This document shows positions 46,667 to 57,744 of a DNA stretch of 64,000 nt, in pieces (within the stretch, counting starts at the first letter, position 1; every line of letters begins with the position of its first letter). Both the position numbers and the translations under genes were made by a program. This DNA is from an uncultured Gemmatimonadales bacterium. GTDB lineage: Bacteria; Gemmatimonadota; Gemmatimonadetes; Longimicrobiales; RSA9. The stretch spans positions 448,001 through 512,000 of the forward strand of contig CAWAMW010000007.1 in assembly GCA_963783305.1 (NCBI GenBank), in the 5' to 3' direction. The notes under the pieces were generated by a model. It worked only from the letters and a program-made list of their open reading frames with translations. It was not told the DNA's origin and ran no database searches.

Positions 46667-48885
46667 TCCCGCACCGCGTCCCCCGGCCGTGGCCGGGATC
46701 GAGAGCCACGGCCACGCGCCTCCCTTCCTCCGCCCGGGGCGTTCTACTCGGAATCCTCGTGGTGGCTGCAGGGATCGGCGCCAGCTGCGCGCCTCACGAG
46801 TCGCGCCCTCCCGCGCCCGGCGGGGGAGAGGTGCTCCTCTCGAGCTCCGAGGTCGGCGCCATCGCCCGGATCCTGCGCGCCGAGGACCGCCGCGCATGGA
46901 GCGCCGACACCTTCGCCCCGCTCTACGAGGGTGCGGTAGACGAGGTTCGGAGCCGCGCGGTCCTGGCGGCGGGAAGGATCGGGGATACCGCCGCCACGCC
47001 GTTCCTGCTCCGCGCCCTCGACTCGGACGCGAGCCCCTCCGTCCGCGCCAATGCCGCCTTCGCCCTCGGCATCCTCGGCGACAGCACGTCCGAGGTCACC
47101 CACGCCCTGTCGGCCGCGCTGGCCGACGGGTGGATGGCGGCGAGCCCCTCGGCCGCCGCCCCCGCCATCGAGGCCATCGCGGCACTCGGCAGGATCGGCG
47201 GGGACCACGCCTCGGCCACCCTGCACGACGTCCTCCGCAGAGGACGCGCTCTCGACACGGACGCGCACCGCCTCATCGCCGCCGAAGCCCTCCTCTCCGT
47301 CTGGAAGCTCGCCGGCGGCGCCCAGGACGTGGACGCGGCCGTACCGTATCTCGAGGCGGCGGATCCCGAGATTCGCTGGCGCGCGGCGTACGCCCTCATG
47401 CGCGGGGGTCAGCCAGCGGCGCTCGAGCACCTCCTGGCCCACGCTACCGATGGCGATCACCAGGTCCGGGCCTACGTCGCACGCGCCCTGACCTCCCGCG
47501 GCGTCGACTCCGCACGCGTAGCCGACGCGGCCCTGCGGCATCTCACCGCGGCTCTCCGCGACCCCCACCCACACGTGCGCGTCAACGCCGTGCGCAGCCT
47601 CGGAAGCTATGCCGAGCGCGCTCCGCTCGATCCCATTGTCGCGCTCCTCGATGACCCCGTTCCGAGCGTGGCCCTGGCCGCTTCGGACGCACTGGGCGCC
47701 CTCGGGATCCGCGCGGCCGGACCGCTGCGCCAGGCATTCGAGGCCTCCCGCCAGCCGCTCGCCGTTCGCGCCGCCTTCCTGGCCACCCTCGCCGCGATCG
47801 ACCCGCAGCCCGCGGGTGAGATCCTCGCACGATGGGCCACGGGCGGTCAGCCGGCGCGCTACTTCGCTGCCCGGGCACTCGCCTCTCTCCGTGCGGATAT
47901 CGCGCTGGCCCTGGCGCCCGGCCTCGCGGCTGACCCCGACACCCGGGTCGCCATTGCGGCTCTCTCGTCGGCCGCCGCCCATGCCGTCGCGGACAGCGGC
48001 GGGCTCGCGCTGCGCGACCAGGCACGGCAGCTCCTGCGGACGGCCCTGACCTCGCCCGACGTGCCGCGACGCGCCGCCGCCACCCACCTCCTCCTCGAGC
48101 TCGCCGAGGCCTCCAATGCGCCCCACCTGGTTCGCGCCTTCCGTCGCTCCGTCGCCGACATGAAGGGGCGTCCCGGGAGTCGCCGTCACGCCGTCGCTCG
48201 TGAAGGCGCCCTGGCCGCGCTCACCACGCTCGACCGGCTTCGGAAGGACGACGACCTCTCGGCCCCGGATCGCGCCACCCTCGCCGCCGCGCTCGACGAG
48301 CTCTTCGCCGGGCCTCGTCCCGACGACCCGTGGATTCGACGGGGCGCCGCGGAGCTCGGGGTCGCCTGGGGTGAGCCGCCGCAGGTCGCCGCAGCGGAAG
48401 ACATCGGCTTCTACCAGAACATCGTCCGCCGATACATCGCAGCGCCCCTCGCCGGCAAACGACGTCCCCGTGCGATCGTCGAGACCGCCCACGGACCGGT
48501 CGTCCTGGAGCTGCTCGGGACGGAAGCCCCGCTCACCGTCCACAACTTCATCACGCTGGCCGAAGCCGGCTTTTTCAATGGCGGGGTCTGGCATCGCGTG
48601 ATCCCCAATTTCGTGCTCCAGGACGGCGCCCCGGGCGGCTACGCCAGCGGCGGCCCCGGCTGGACCCTCCGGGATGAGCTCAATCGCGTTCGGTACGGTC
48701 GCGGCGTCCTCGGCATGGCCCTGAGCGGCCCCGACACGGGCGGGAGCCAGTGGTTCATCACCCACTCGCCCCAACCACACCTCGACGGCGGGTACACCGT
48801 GTTCGGCCGCGTCATCGAGGGGATGGAAGCCGCCGACGCCGTGCTCCAGGGAGAAGCGATCCCGTCGATCCGGATCGTGCTGTGA
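46663..48885 (+). CDS. HEAT-repeat lipoprotein with C-terminal cyclophilin-type PPIase
   Basis: Lipobox GASC, multiple HEAT repeats, HRVIPNFVLQDG, DTGGSQWFI, HLDGGYTVFG. Confidence 0.88.
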   Translation: MIPHRVPRPWPGSRATATRLPSSARGVLLGILVVAAGIGASCAPHESRPPAPGGGEVLLSSSEVGAIARILRAEDRRAWSADTFAPLYEGAVDEVRSRAVLAAGRIGDTAATPFLLRALDSDASPSVRANAAFALGILGDSTSEVTHALSAALADGWMAASPSAAAPAIEAIAALGRIGGDHASATLHDVLRRGRALDTDAHRLIAAEALLSVWKLAGGAQDVDAAVPYLEAADPEIRWRAAYALMRGGQPAALEHLLAHATDGDHQVRAYVARALTSRGVDSARVADAALRHLTAALRDPHPHVRVNAVRSLGSYAERAPLDPIVALLDDPVPSVALAASDALGALGIRAAGPLRQAFEASRQPLAVRAAFLATLAAIDPQPAGEILARWATGGQPARYFAARALASLRADIALALAPGLAADPDTRVAIAALSSAAAHAVADSGGLALRDQARQLLRTALTSPDVPRRAAATHLLLELAEASNAPHLVRAFRRSVADMKGRPGSRRHAVAREGALAALTTLDRLRKDDDLSAPDRATLAAALDELFAGPRPDDPWIRRGAAELGVAWGEPPQVAAAEDIGFYQNIVRRYIAAPLAGKRRPRAIVETAHGPVVLELLGTEAPLTVHNFITLAEAGFFNGGVWHRVIPNFVLQDGAPGGYASGGPGWTLRDELNRVRYGRGVLGMALSGPDTGGSQWFITHSPQPHLDGGYTVFGRVIEGMEAADAVLQGEAIPSIRIVL

Positions 48886-48935
48886 GACGGCCGGCCCTCA
48901 CACCGCCCTGCGGCGCCCTCCTCCCAGGCGCTCCC

Positions 48936-49620
48936 GTGGACGCCATTTTCTCTCGGCGAGTACTTGCCGGCGCGCTGCTGGCCGCGGCCACCGGCATGTT
49001 CGCCTCCGCGTGCGCGAGTCGCGGCGTCCCGGACACGCTGGACCCGACGGTCGCGGCGACGGCGATCGAGGGCACCGCCCCGGATCGACCGCTCCAGGCA
49101 GTCTTCGACTGGGAGATGCGGGACGGTGATGCCCGCTTTCACGGCAGTGGAGCCGCTCGCATCCAGCCGCCGTACCGGGTCCGCCTGGACCTGTTCGGGC
49201 CCCGTGGCGACGGGTACCTCAGTGCGGCCGCGGTCGGGATGGAGCTCCGCCTGCCGCCGACCGCGAACCCTGTCCCGCTGCCGCCCGCCGCCATGATGTG
49301 GGCCGCGCTCGGGGTGGTGTCGCCGCCGCCCGAGGCCCGTCTCGTGGGGACACGGGTCACCACCGCGGCGAGGGAGTTGCATTACGAAACCAATGGCAGC
49401 CGACTACGGTACAGACTGATCGATGGCCACCTCGAATCCGCGGTCTGGCGCGGAGGCGGGCGCCAGAATGAGCGTCGATCTCTCAGAAGATCGGGTGGCG
49501 GGGCTACCGCGCACCGCCATCTTTAGGGATGCAGCCGCGGGCATGGAGCTGAAGTTGAACCTGGAGCGAGTGGATGATGCGGAGTCGTTTCCGCCGGAGA
49601 TCTGGAACCCCAATGAATAG
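48936..49620 (+). CDS. Hypothetical lipoprotein (LolB/DUF4292-like); apparent frameshift near 49458
   Basis: Lipobox ASAC, RVRLDLFGP; one extra G separates WRGG from GARMSVDL...FPPEIWNP, which overlaps the lptE start. Confidence 0.6.
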
Positions 49621-50131
49621 GCGTGCACGAGCGGCGTGCCTGGCGCTCGTCGCTGCCCTGGGTGGTTCCTTGGCCTCGTGCAATTACGGCTTCGAGGGGG
49701 GCGGCTTCCCACCCCACATCCGGACCATCTACATCGAGCCGTTCGAAAACGAGACCCCGCAGTTCGAGCTCCAGGGGCAGATATTCACCGCCCTCGTCGA
49801 GGAGCTTCCCGGCCAACTCGGACTCCGCACCGCCGGCGTGGAGTCCGCCGACGCCATCCTGAGAGGCCGGATCCTGCGCTACGACAATGTCGCCCAGAAC
49901 TACCGGCCGGGCACCGGCCAGTCCGCGGGTGCCGCCCTCGCCCACGAGGTGCAGATCGGAATCACCGCGGAGCTCGTGGACATCCGCGACAACGTGATCC
50001 GCTGGGAAGCCCGCACCCTGACCGGCCGCGGCACCTACGACCCCTCCGGTCAGACCGATACGATCGGCCAGAGGCAGGCTATCGAGAACCTCATCGAACA
50101 GATCATCAATGGGGCGCAGTCGCAATGGTGA
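49613..50131 (+). CDS. lptE: LPS assembly lipoprotein LptE family
   Basis: LASCNYGF lipobox, IRTIYIEPFENET, ADAILRGRI, terminal W. Confidence 0.8.
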   Translation: MNRRARAACLALVAALGGSLASCNYGFEGGGFPPHIRTIYIEPFENETPQFELQGQIFTALVEELPGQLGLRTAGVESADAILRGRILRYDNVAQNYRPGTGQSAGAALAHEVQIGITAELVDIRDNVIRWEARTLTGRGTYDPSGQTDTIGQRQAIENLIEQIINGAQSQW

Positions 50132-50141
50132 GGGCCCGACG

Positions 50142-51521
50142 ATGAAGAGACTACTCTGGATCCTTCCGCTGGCCCTTCTCACGCCCGTGCTCCTGGCCGC
50201 TCAGAGCCACGGCGCCGACACCGCCGGCGCCGAGCACGTGCGCGTCGAGCACTTCTTCCTCGTTCTGATCGCCATTCTCGTCGTCGGGAAGGGCATGGGC
50301 GAAATCGCTGAGCGCCTCGGGCAGCCCGCCGTCCTCGGTGAGCTCCTCGCCGGCGTCATCCTCGGGTACAGCGTCCTCGGGATCGTACCCGTCGATGGCG
50401 CCATGGCCGAGATCATCACGCTCCTCGCCGAGGTCGGCGTCGCCATCCTCCTCTTCGAGATCGGCCTCGAGACCGACCTCAAGGAGATGTTCCGCGTCGG
50501 CGCGTCCGCCTCCGTCGTGGCCGTGGTCGGTGTCGCGCTCCCGTTCGCCCTCGGCTTCCTCTACTGGTGGTGGTTCACCCCCGATCTCGGTACCGTCAAC
50601 CCCGACATCACCCCCACCGTAGTCGCCATTTTCGTCGGGGCCACGCTTACCGCGACCTCCGTCGGCATCACCGCCCGCGTCCTCACCGATCTCGATCGGA
50701 TCCATACCCCCGAGGCTCGCGTCATTATCGGAGCGGCCGTGGTCGACGATGTGCTCGGCCTCGTCATCCTCGCCGTCGTCAGTGGTCTCGCCGCCGGCAC
50801 TGCACTCACCGTCCTCGGCATCGCCACCACCTTCGCGGTCGCGGTCGGCTTCCTCGTGGCGGCCGTCATCGTCGGGAACTGGATCGCACCCCGCCTCTTC
50901 GGCCTCATCGACCGGCTCCGCGTCCGCGGGGTCCTCCTCGTCAGCGCCTTCTCCTTCGCGCTTCTCTTCGGCGCCCTCGCCGGCCTCGCGGGATCCGCAC
51001 TCATTATCGGATCCTTCGCCGCCGGGATCGTCCTTTCCTCCACGAATCAGTTCGACGTCATCGAGGAACGCATCAAGCCCGTCGCCGATATCTTCACGCC
51101 CATCTTCTTCGTCTCCGTGGGCGCCGCGGTGAACGTCCACCTCTTCCTCCCATGGAGCGACTCGTTCAACCTGAGCGTCCTCGCTGTGGGCGCGGTGCTC
51201 CTCGTCATCGCCGTTGCCGGCAAGCTCGTCAGCGGCTACACCGTTGGCTGGGGCGCCCATGACCTCAACCACGCCGCGATCGGCGTCGGCATGATTCCCC
51301 GCGGGGAGGTGGGGCTGATCTTCGCCAAGCTGGGTCTCGCGAACGGGATCCTGTCGTCCGAAGCGTTCAGCGCGATACTCATCATGGTCATCTTCACCAC
51401 CTTCATTGCACCCCCCCTCCTCAAGGTCATCTTCAAGGACGGCGGGCGCGGCGAGCCGGACAGCCTGCCCGTGCACCCCGGGGCCGCCGAGGTGGAAACG
51501 GCGCGCGCCCGCTGGTCGTGA
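50142..51521 (+). CDS. Cation:proton antiporter (CPA2/NapA-like)
   Basis: [45 protein letters not shown]. Confidence 0.93.
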   Translation: MKRLLWILPLALLTPVLLAAQSHGADTAGAEHVRVEHFFLVLIAILVVGKGMGEIAERLGQPAVLGELLAGVILGYSVLGIVPVDGAMAEIITLLAEVGVAILLFEIGLETDLKEMFRVGASASVVAVVGVALPFALGFLYWWWFTPDLGTVNPDITPTVVAIFVGATLTATSVGITARVLTDLDRIHTPEARVIIGAAVVDDVLGLVILAVVSGLAAGTALTVLGIATTFAVAVGFLVAAVIVGNWIAPRLFGLIDRLRVRGVLLVSAFSFALLFGALAGLAGSALIIGSFAAGIVLSSTNQFDVIEERIKPVADIFTPIFFVSVGAAVNVHLFLPWSDSFNLSVLAVGAVLLVIAVAGKLVSGYTVGWGAHDLNHAAIGVGMIPRGEVGLIFAKLGLANGILSSEAFSAILIMVIFTTFIAPPLLKVIFKDGGRGEPDSLPVHPGAAEVETARARWS

Positions 51522-51540
51522 GCAGGTCGGTGAAGGGGTT

Positions 51541-52038
51541 ATGACCGAGTACAGGCCCAGGCCGGAACACAAGATCCTGGAGCGTCCTGCGCTCCTGGAG
51601 CGCTACATCCGGCCGCGATCCGAGCGGCTGGTGTTCACCAACGGCTGCTTCGACATCCTGCACCGCGGCCATGTCGAGTACCTCTACAGTGCCCGGGCTC
51701 TCGGGGACGCCCTGGTGATCGGCGTCAACACGGATGCATCCGTACGGTCGCTGAAGGGGCCCGACCGACCGGTGGTCCCGCTCCGCGACCGCCTCTACGT
51801 GCTCGCCGGCCTCGGGTGCGTCGATGCCGTCACCCCCTTCGGCGAGGACACTCCGCGCGATCTCATCGCCGCGCTCCTCCCCGACGTCCTCGTCAAGGGC
51901 GGTGACTACCGCCCGGACAATGTGGTAGGGGGTCGCGAGGTCCGTGACGCGGGAGGCCAGGTCCTGATCCTGCCCTTCGTCGAGGGGCGCTCGACGACCC
52001 AGATCATCCAAACTTTGAACCGCCGAGCCCATGACTGA
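51541..52038 (+). CDS. rfaE2: D-glycero-beta-D-manno-heptose 1-phosphate adenylyltransferase (RfaE domain II)
   Basis: [31 protein letters not shown]. Confidence 0.92.
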   Translation: MTEYRPRPEHKILERPALLERYIRPRSERLVFTNGCFDILHRGHVEYLYSARALGDALVIGVNTDASVRSLKGPDRPVVPLRDRLYVLAGLGCVDAVTPFGEDTPRDLIAALLPDVLVKGGDYRPDNVVGGREVRDAGGQVLILPFVEGRSTTQIIQTLNRRAHD

Positions 52039-52756
52039 TCGTTCGACCGCCCGTTCCGACCGAGCTCCCACCGATCTACGGCCCGTAACCCTCGAGCCCG
52101 CTGTAGCGCCGTACGCCGAGGGCTCCTGCAGAGTCCGCTTCGGCCGTACCGAAGTGCTCTGCACCGCCTCCATCCAGGAGAACGTTCCCGGCTGGAGAAA
52201 GGGGAGTGGTCTCGGCTGGGTCACCGGCGAATACGCCATGCTGCCCCGCGCCACGCAGACCCGGACGAGCCGCGAGCGCGGCAAGGTCGGCGGACGCACC
52301 CAGGAGATCCAGCGCCTCATTGGTCGCTCTCTGCGGGCCGCCATGGACCTGGAAGCCCTCGGCGAGCGCCAGATCCTCGTGGATTGCGACGTCCTCGTCG
52401 CCGATGGCGGCACCCGAACCGCCGCCATCACGGGCGGAGCCGTGGCCCTCGCCGAGGCCTGCCGTTGGCTCGTCGATCAGGGGCTCCTCTCCGCCTCTCC
52501 CATGCGCGAGACCGTGGCCGCCATCTCCGTGGGGGTGGTCGCCGGCGAGCCGCGTCTCGACCTCGAGTACGTCGAGGACGTGGCCGCCGACGTGGACATG
52601 AACGTGGTCATGCTCGAGGGCGGGGGCATGGTCGAGGTCCAGGGGACCGGCGAACACGGGACCTTTTCAAGGGACGAGCTCGACCGCCTCCTCGACCTCG
52701 CGACCGACGGCATCCGCCGACTCATGGCTTCGCAGCGAGCCTCCCTCGACCGATGA
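52031..52756 (+). CDS. rph: Ribonuclease PH
   Basis: [41 protein letters not shown]. Confidence 0.97.
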   Translation: MTDRSTARSDRAPTDLRPVTLEPAVAPYAEGSCRVRFGRTEVLCTASIQENVPGWRKGSGLGWVTGEYAMLPRATQTRTSRERGKVGGRTQEIQRLIGRSLRAAMDLEALGERQILVDCDVLVADGGTRTAAITGGAVALAEACRWLVDQGLLSASPMRETVAAISVGVVAGEPRLDLEYVEDVAADVDMNVVMLEGGGMVEVQGTGEHGTFSRDELDRLLDLATDGIRRLMASQRASLDR

Positions 52757-53412
52757 TCGCCCGTGCACGGGCCGCCATCCTCCTCGCCACGCGCAGCGAC
52801 CACAAGGCCACGGAGATCCGGAAGATCCTCGCCCCTCTCCGCTTCAATGTGATCACCCTCGCCGAGATCGAGTCTGAAGCTGCGCCCGATGAAGAGGCCA
52901 TCGAGGCCTACGACAGCTTCCAGGCCAATGCCATCGCCAAGGCGCAATATTTCGCGACACGCCACCGCCGCACCGCCATGGCCGACGATTCGGGGATCCG
53001 CGTGGATGCGCTCGGAGGTGAGCCCGGCGTGCGCACCAAGCGGTTTTCGGGACGCACCGACCTGCACGGCCGCGACCTCGATCAGGCCAACAACGCCCTC
53101 CTCCTCGAGAAACTCCAGGGCGTCCCCTGGGACCGACGCGGTGCGCACTACGTGTGCGCCGCCGCCATTGCCTGGCCGGACGGCCGGGCCCTCACCGCCG
53201 TGGGCACGGTCGCTGGCGTTATCGCTACGGAACCGCGGGGGCTCGGCGGGTTCGGCTACGACCCGCTCTTCCACGTGCCAGCGCTGGATGCCCGCTTCGC
53301 CGAAGTGGATCCGGCCGTGAAGGATGACATGAGCCACAGGGCACGGGCCTTCCGCGCCCTCGCCGCCGCTCTCGATGCCGCGCCCTGGGACCCCGTCGGA
53401 AGCCCCCCCTGA
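52753..53412 (+). CDS. rdgB: dITP/XTP pyrophosphatase (RdgB/HAM1)
   Basis: ADDSG, GEPGV, GFGYDP, SHRARA; follows rph. Confidence 0.93.
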   Translation: MIARARAAILLATRSDHKATEIRKILAPLRFNVITLAEIESEAAPDEEAIEAYDSFQANAIAKAQYFATRHRRTAMADDSGIRVDALGGEPGVRTKRFSGRTDLHGRDLDQANNALLLEKLQGVPWDRRGAHYVCAAAIAWPDGRALTAVGTVAGVIATEPRGLGGFGYDPLFHVPALDARFAEVDPAVKDDMSHRARAFRALAAALDAAPWDPVGSPP

Positions 53413-53445
53413 GCTCCCCATCCACCCCGGCCACCCCGTCCGCCG

Positions 53446-55800
53446 CTACTCGTCCCGACGAGTCGCCGCGTAGAACGTAGTGCCGCCATAGCGCCGACTC
53501 CGCATCATCAGTTGCGCTGATTGCGGTGCGATCTCTGCCGCGGTAGCCAGGAGCGCGCTCGCAGTCGATCGCTCGCCGAGGGCGGTGTGGACCCAGGCGC
53601 GCAGCGTGAGGAGGTCCACGCTCTGCGTGCCCTTCACGCTCGTCGCCCGCAGGACCTGACGCGCCGCTCCCGTGGCGCCCGCTCGCGCCAGCACCACCGC
53701 GTGTAGCAGGCGCAGCCGCGACTCGACGTCCGTGGGGGCTCCGTACACGCCGAGCTTGCCCAGCCCCTCCTGGAGAAGCCGATCGGCCTCCTCCACGGTC
53801 CACGGACCTACCCACGCGAGGCGCGTGAGAGAGCAGTAGGCGCCCAGCCAGTCGTCCGGCTGCTGGCGCTCGATCTCCGCGCACCACTCTACCGCTCCCT
53901 CCTCGTCACCCACCTCCAGTGCGTTTGTGAACAACCGCACCAGGATCTCCAATGAGGCCGTCAGCGCGTAATCGGTCGCGTACGCCTGCCGCGCCCGGTG
54001 GTACGCTTCCGCGAAATCGCCTCGCTGCTCCGACATGGCACTCAGGATGCTCCACGCCCGGGGGAGTCCCGGGTCCCGCTTCACGGCCGCGGCGAGATCC
54101 CGCTCCGCCACCTCCATGGACGCACCCTCCATCCCCGTCTGCGCCGCCCAGTACCGCAGCACCCCCCGCACCTCCAGCCCGCGGGCGCTTTGCGACGCCA
54201 CGTTCAGCCCGGTCTCCGCGTGGGCCAGCCCCCGCAGGATCGCCCCGTGCGCCAGTTCCAGGTCGTCATTCGGCGGGATCAGCGGCAGCCACATGAAATC
54301 CACCGCCAGCTGCGCACGCCGGAACGTCGGCTCCGGCCAGTCCGGATCCAGCTCCTGCGCCCGCGCCAGCAGCGAATCCGCGGCGGCGTACGCGCGCTCG
54401 GCCGCTTCCACCGCGCCCCGCACCCGCAGTCGGTCGCCCGCGCTCCACTCGGCCGCCGCGTCCCGAACTCCGCTGAGCGCGTCCGGCGCGATTCCGAGCT
54501 CCGTCAGCCCTTTGAGCGAGAAGAAGGAGCCCGCCTGATGCCGGATCCTCGGCGAAATCCGCCCCACCAGCGCCTCCGGTGTCGCCGACTCGCCTTCCGG
54601 TGTCCGAATCATCACCCGGTCGAGCACGACACCGGACGACGCGTCGAGCAGGAGCACCGAGAAGCGCACCGTCCCCTCCTCCATCCGCAACGTGGGGCGG
54701 AGCCGCACTCCCTCCAGGTCCGAGCCCCCGCCATCCACGGCGTTCAGCGCGACGACCCGGAACCCGTTCCCCTCGCTCAAGCGCGCGGCGAGCTCGGCCG
54801 TCACCGCACCGGCCACACCCTTCGTCATGGCGGCGCTTTCCCCCACGTCCCGCACCGGCTCCAGCACCAACGTCCGGGAGAATCGGTCCGAAGCGTCCTC
54901 CGCCTGCACACCCGCCATGGATCGCGACCGCAGCGACCAGAGCGTCACCGATGTGACCAGCAGCACGGCCGCCGCCGCCGCCCACCACACGCGTCGTCGG
55001 CGCCCCTCCGCCGGGGCCGCGTCCGGCCGCCCCACGAGGGGAGCCACAACAGAGTCCGGCGCTTCGCTGGGCGCCTGAACCGCCACCGGCGCCTCTACCT
55101 CCAGAACCGCCTGGGTCGCGGCCGATGGCTCCACCCCGTGGATTTCCTTCATGTGCGCCGCGAACTCGTCGTACGCTGCCTTCGCCCCCGCTCTGTCACC
55201 GGTGCGGACCAGCACCCCCAGCAGTTCCTGCAGCGCCGGCTCTCCACGAATGCCGATCTCCCACGCCCGTCGGGCGGCAGCACCCGCCGCCACTCGGTTC
55301 CCCGCCGACTCCTCCGACCGCGCCACCCGGTGCGCCGCGTCCGCCGCCACAGACTGGATTCGCCGACGCGATCTCTCCAGCCAATCCTCGAACGGCTGCG
55401 GCGCCCCGTCCAGGTGGAACCCCGGCAGCAACTCACCCTGATACAGCTCCACTACCGCGCCCCAACGCTCCTCTTCCGCCGCGCGCAGCAGTTCCGACAC
55501 GTCGCACGACAGCTTCCCTTCAGCCACGCCGATCCCTTCGGATCCCTTGCCCGCGATCGCACCCGGGCCCAGCGACCGCCGCAGATAGTGCAGCGCCTGC
55601 CGCAGCGCGCTTCGGGCACGGTCCTCCTCGAACTCCGGCCAGAGCAGCCCGAGAACCTCGTCCCGCTGGAGTCGCCGCGGACTCTCCAGCGCCAGCAGCG
55701 CCAGCAGCGCGAGCCGCTTGGGCTGGCTCATCACCGAGTCTATGCGCCGCCCATCCGGACCGCGCAGATCCACCGCACCAAGCACTCGGAACGTGAACAT
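53446..55800 (-). CDS. Transmembrane SARP-family regulator (wHTH-BTAD-TM-TolB-like-TPR)
   Basis: FRVLGAVDL...QPKRLALLALL...RDEVLGLLWPE...ARSALRQALHYLRR, LYQGELLPGF, FEDWL; TM VWWAAAAAVLLVTSVTLW; helical-repeat C-terminus. Confidence 0.88.
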   Translation of the reverse strand: MFTFRVLGAVDLRGPDGRRIDSVMSQPKRLALLALLALESPRRLQRDEVLGLLWPEFEEDRARSALRQALHYLRRSLGPGAIAGKGSEGIGVAEGKLSCDVSELLRAAEEERWGAVVELYQGELLPGFHLDGAPQPFEDWLERSRRRIQSVAADAAHRVARSEESAGNRVAAGAAARRAWEIGIRGEPALQELLGVLVRTGDRAGAKAAYDEFAAHMKEIHGVEPSAATQAVLEVEAPVAVQAPSEAPDSVVAPLVGRPDAAPAEGRRRRVWWAAAAAVLLVTSVTLWSLRSRSMAGVQAEDASDRFSRTLVLEPVRDVGESAAMTKGVAGAVTAELAARLSEGNGFRVVALNAVDGGGSDLEGVRLRPTLRMEEGTVRFSVLLLDASSGVVLDRVMIRTPEGESATPEALVGRISPRIRHQAGSFFSLKGLTELGIAPDALSGVRDAAAEWSAGDRLRVRGAVEAAERAYAAADSLLARAQELDPDWPEPTFRRAQLAVDFMWLPLIPPNDDLELAHGAILRGLAHAETGLNVASQSARGLEVRGVLRYWAAQTGMEGASMEVAERDLAAAVKRDPGLPRAWSILSAMSEQRGDFAEAYHRARQAYATDYALTASLEILVRLFTNALEVGDEEGAVEWCAEIERQQPDDWLGAYCSLTRLAWVGPWTVEEADRLLQEGLGKLGVYGAPTDVESRLRLLHAVVLARAGATGAARQVLRATSVKGTQSVDLLTLRAWVHTALGERSTASALLATAAEIAPQSAQLMMRSRRYGGTTFYAATRRDE

Positions 55801-55830
55801 CCTACCCCCTGGAGAGCCCGGATGGCTGCC

Positions 55831-55874
55831 GTTACCTGCCAGGTAACGCTCAGGTTACGGCCGCATGCTACCCT
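55831..55874 (+). promoter_or_regulatory. Candidate SARP-binding repeats and extended -10 for the divergent peptide gene
   Basis: Perfect palindrome gttacctg-c-caggtaac; direct repeats caggtaac/caggttac 11 bp apart; TGC-TACCCT downstream. Confidence 0.55.
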
Positions 55875-56007
55875 TCTCACCGGACATTGGATCGGGACGC
55901 CTCCGGTACGCCGGGAGACGGAGCCATACCCCCGGATGCTACCGTTCCTCGACCGGGCCAACAAGCCATCGAGTCCACCTGCCTTGCGCAGTGGACAGGA
56001 GAATTCC

Positions 56008-56172
56008 GTGACTGAGTCCTCCAGGAAGGCCAGGACCATGCTTGAGGCCCTGTTGTTCGTATGCATCGGGGCGGGCGCGCAGGGATGCACCGGGAGCCCC
56101 ACGGCTCCAGCGGACGACAATGGTCGCATCTGTTACTGGATCTACGGCACTCTGCATTGCCTGGAAGACTGA
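56008..56172 (+). CDS. Small putative lipopeptide (54 aa) with C-terminal Cys loop
   Basis: RBS acaggag, GTG start, signal/lipobox-like AQGC, mature CTGSPTAPADDNGRICYWIYGTLHCLED; hairpin follows the stop. Confidence 0.6.
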   Translation: MTESSRKARTMLEALLFVCIGAGAQGCTGSPTAPADDNGRICYWIYGTLHCLED

Positions 56173-56174
56173 CC

Positions 56175-56226
56175 TGCCGTCACCGTCGCGTAGCTTGCAG
56201 GGGGTTGGCTGCGTTGATGGTGGCGG
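56175..56226 (+). terminator. Long hairpin after the peptide gene
   Basis: gccgtcaccgtcgcgtagc pairs with gctgcgttgatggtggcggt, several G-U pairs. Confidence 0.5.
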
Positions 56227-56328
56227 TACGGTTGGTCCCACTCCTGAGCCGCTCCCATCGGTACGTTGGCCTGGATTTCGCAGCCCTCCTCGGTAGCTTC
56301 GCTCGATCCAGCCACCACAGGAGAACGC

Positions 56329-56451
56329 ATGTCGAAAGAGCTCCGGATCCTGGCGCTGACCGCCGCCGCCCTCCTCGCCGCCCGCGTACTCGTGCTCGCC
56401 ATTGATCAGGCCGTCAATGGCTGGCGCCGTCACCAGCTCTACCAGGACTGA
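56329..56451 (+). CDS. Small membrane protein (40 aa)
   Basis: RBS acaggag plus ATG; one hydrophobic helix; GC-typical codons. Confidence 0.5.
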   Translation: MSKELRILALTAAALLAARVLVLAIDQAVNGWRRHQLYQD

Positions 56452-56511
56452 GTCCGCCCCGTACCGCCGCGCCTTCTGGCCCGGCCTGCTGCGCACACGT
56501 ACCATTCCCCC

Positions 56512-57744
56512 ATGGACCAGTCCAATGTGCTCGCCATCGTCCTTGCGGGCGGTGAAGGGAAGCGACTCCAGCCGCTCACCCGGGACCGCGCCAAGCCGGC
56601 GGTCCCCTTCGGCGGGTCCTATCGCCTCATCGATTTCGCGCTGACGAATCTCGCCCACGGCGGCTACCTCCGCATCGTAGTCCTGACCCAGTACAAGAGC
56701 CACAGTCTCGATGTGCACCTGGCCAAGACGTGGCGTATGGCCCCCATCCTCGGGAACTACGTGATCTCGGTTCCCGCCCAGATGCGCGAGGGCCCCCGAT
56801 GGTTCGCGGGCTCCGCCGACGCCATCTACCAGAACCTGAACCTCCTGCGGGACGAGCGACCCCAGTACGTCATGGTGGTCGGCGCCGACCATATCTATCG
56901 CATGGACCCCCGGCAGCTCGTTCAGCAGCACATCGACAGCGGTGCCAATGTGACGGTCGCGGGCATCCGCGTGCCCCTCGACCAGGCACCGCAGTTCGGG
57001 GTGATCGAGGCGGGCGCTGATGGCGTCATCGAGCGGTTCCGGGAGAAGCCGACCGACGCCCGCGGTCTCCCAGACGCTCCCGACCAGGTGTACGCGTCCA
57101 TGGGCAACTATGTGTTCACCACCCGCGCCCTCATGGAGGCCGTGACCGCGGACGCCGTGCTGGACGATTCACGACATGATATCGGGGCCGATATCATCCC
57201 TCGATTCGTGGACGATGGTACCGCGCACGTATACGACTTCTCCGAGAACGAAGTCCCCGGCGCCACCCCGAGGGACCGTGCCTACTGGCGCGATGTCGGG
57301 ACGCTCGACTCCTACTACGACGCGCACATGGACCTCGTGTCCGTGGACCCCATCTTCAACCTGTATAACCGACAGTGGCCGATCCTGACGGCCCACGATC
57401 CGATGCCCCCGGCCAAATTCGTCTTCTCCGACTCCGGCCGCACCGGGCATGCCCTCGATGCCATCGTCTCCGCCGGAGTCGTCATATCCGGCGGAGAGGT
57501 CCGGCGCTCCGTCCTGTCGCCCAGCGTTCATGTCCACTCCTACGCCGACATCGACGGCTGCGTGCTCATGCAGAACGTGGACGTTGGACGCCACGCCGTG
57601 GTCAGGAATGCCATCATCGACAAGAACGTGCGGATCCCGCCGGGAGCAGAAATCGGCGTGGATCCCGAGGCCGATCGCGCCCGGTTCCATATCACGGAGC
57701 AGGGAATTGTGGTGATCGGAAAGGACCAGCAGATCGCGCCGTGA
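56512..57744 (+). CDS. glgC: Glucose-1-phosphate adenylyltransferase
   Basis: [46 protein letters not shown]. Confidence 0.96.
   Translation: MDQSNVLAIVLAGGEGKRLQPLTRDRAKPAVPFGGSYRLIDFALTNLAHGGYLRIVVLTQYKSHSLDVHLAKTWRMAPILGNYVISVPAQMREGPRWFAGSADAIYQNLNLLRDERPQYVMVVGADHIYRMDPRQLVQQHIDSGANVTVAGIRVPLDQAPQFGVIEAGADGVIERFREKPTDARGLPDAPDQVYASMGNYVFTTRALMEAVTADAVLDDSRHDIGADIIPRFVDDGTAHVYDFSENEVPGATPRDRAYWRDVGTLDSYYDAHMDLVSVDPIFNLYNRQWPILTAHDPMPPAKFVFSDSGRTGHALDAIVSAGVVISGGEVRRSVLSPSVHVHSYADIDGCVLMQNVDVGRHAVVRNAIIDKNVRIPPGAEIGVDPEADRARFHITEQGIVVIGKDQQIAP

Noticed and set aside
11900..49460. Programmed frameshifting at about 11905, 21205 and 49458
   Set aside because: Mostly single-base indels in short G runs without slippery heptamers; sequencing error is more parsimonious
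53998..56007. 724-aa plus-strand ORF
   Set aside because: Antisense to the SARP gene and Arg/Pro-rich; only the last 54 codons, with their own RBS, look real
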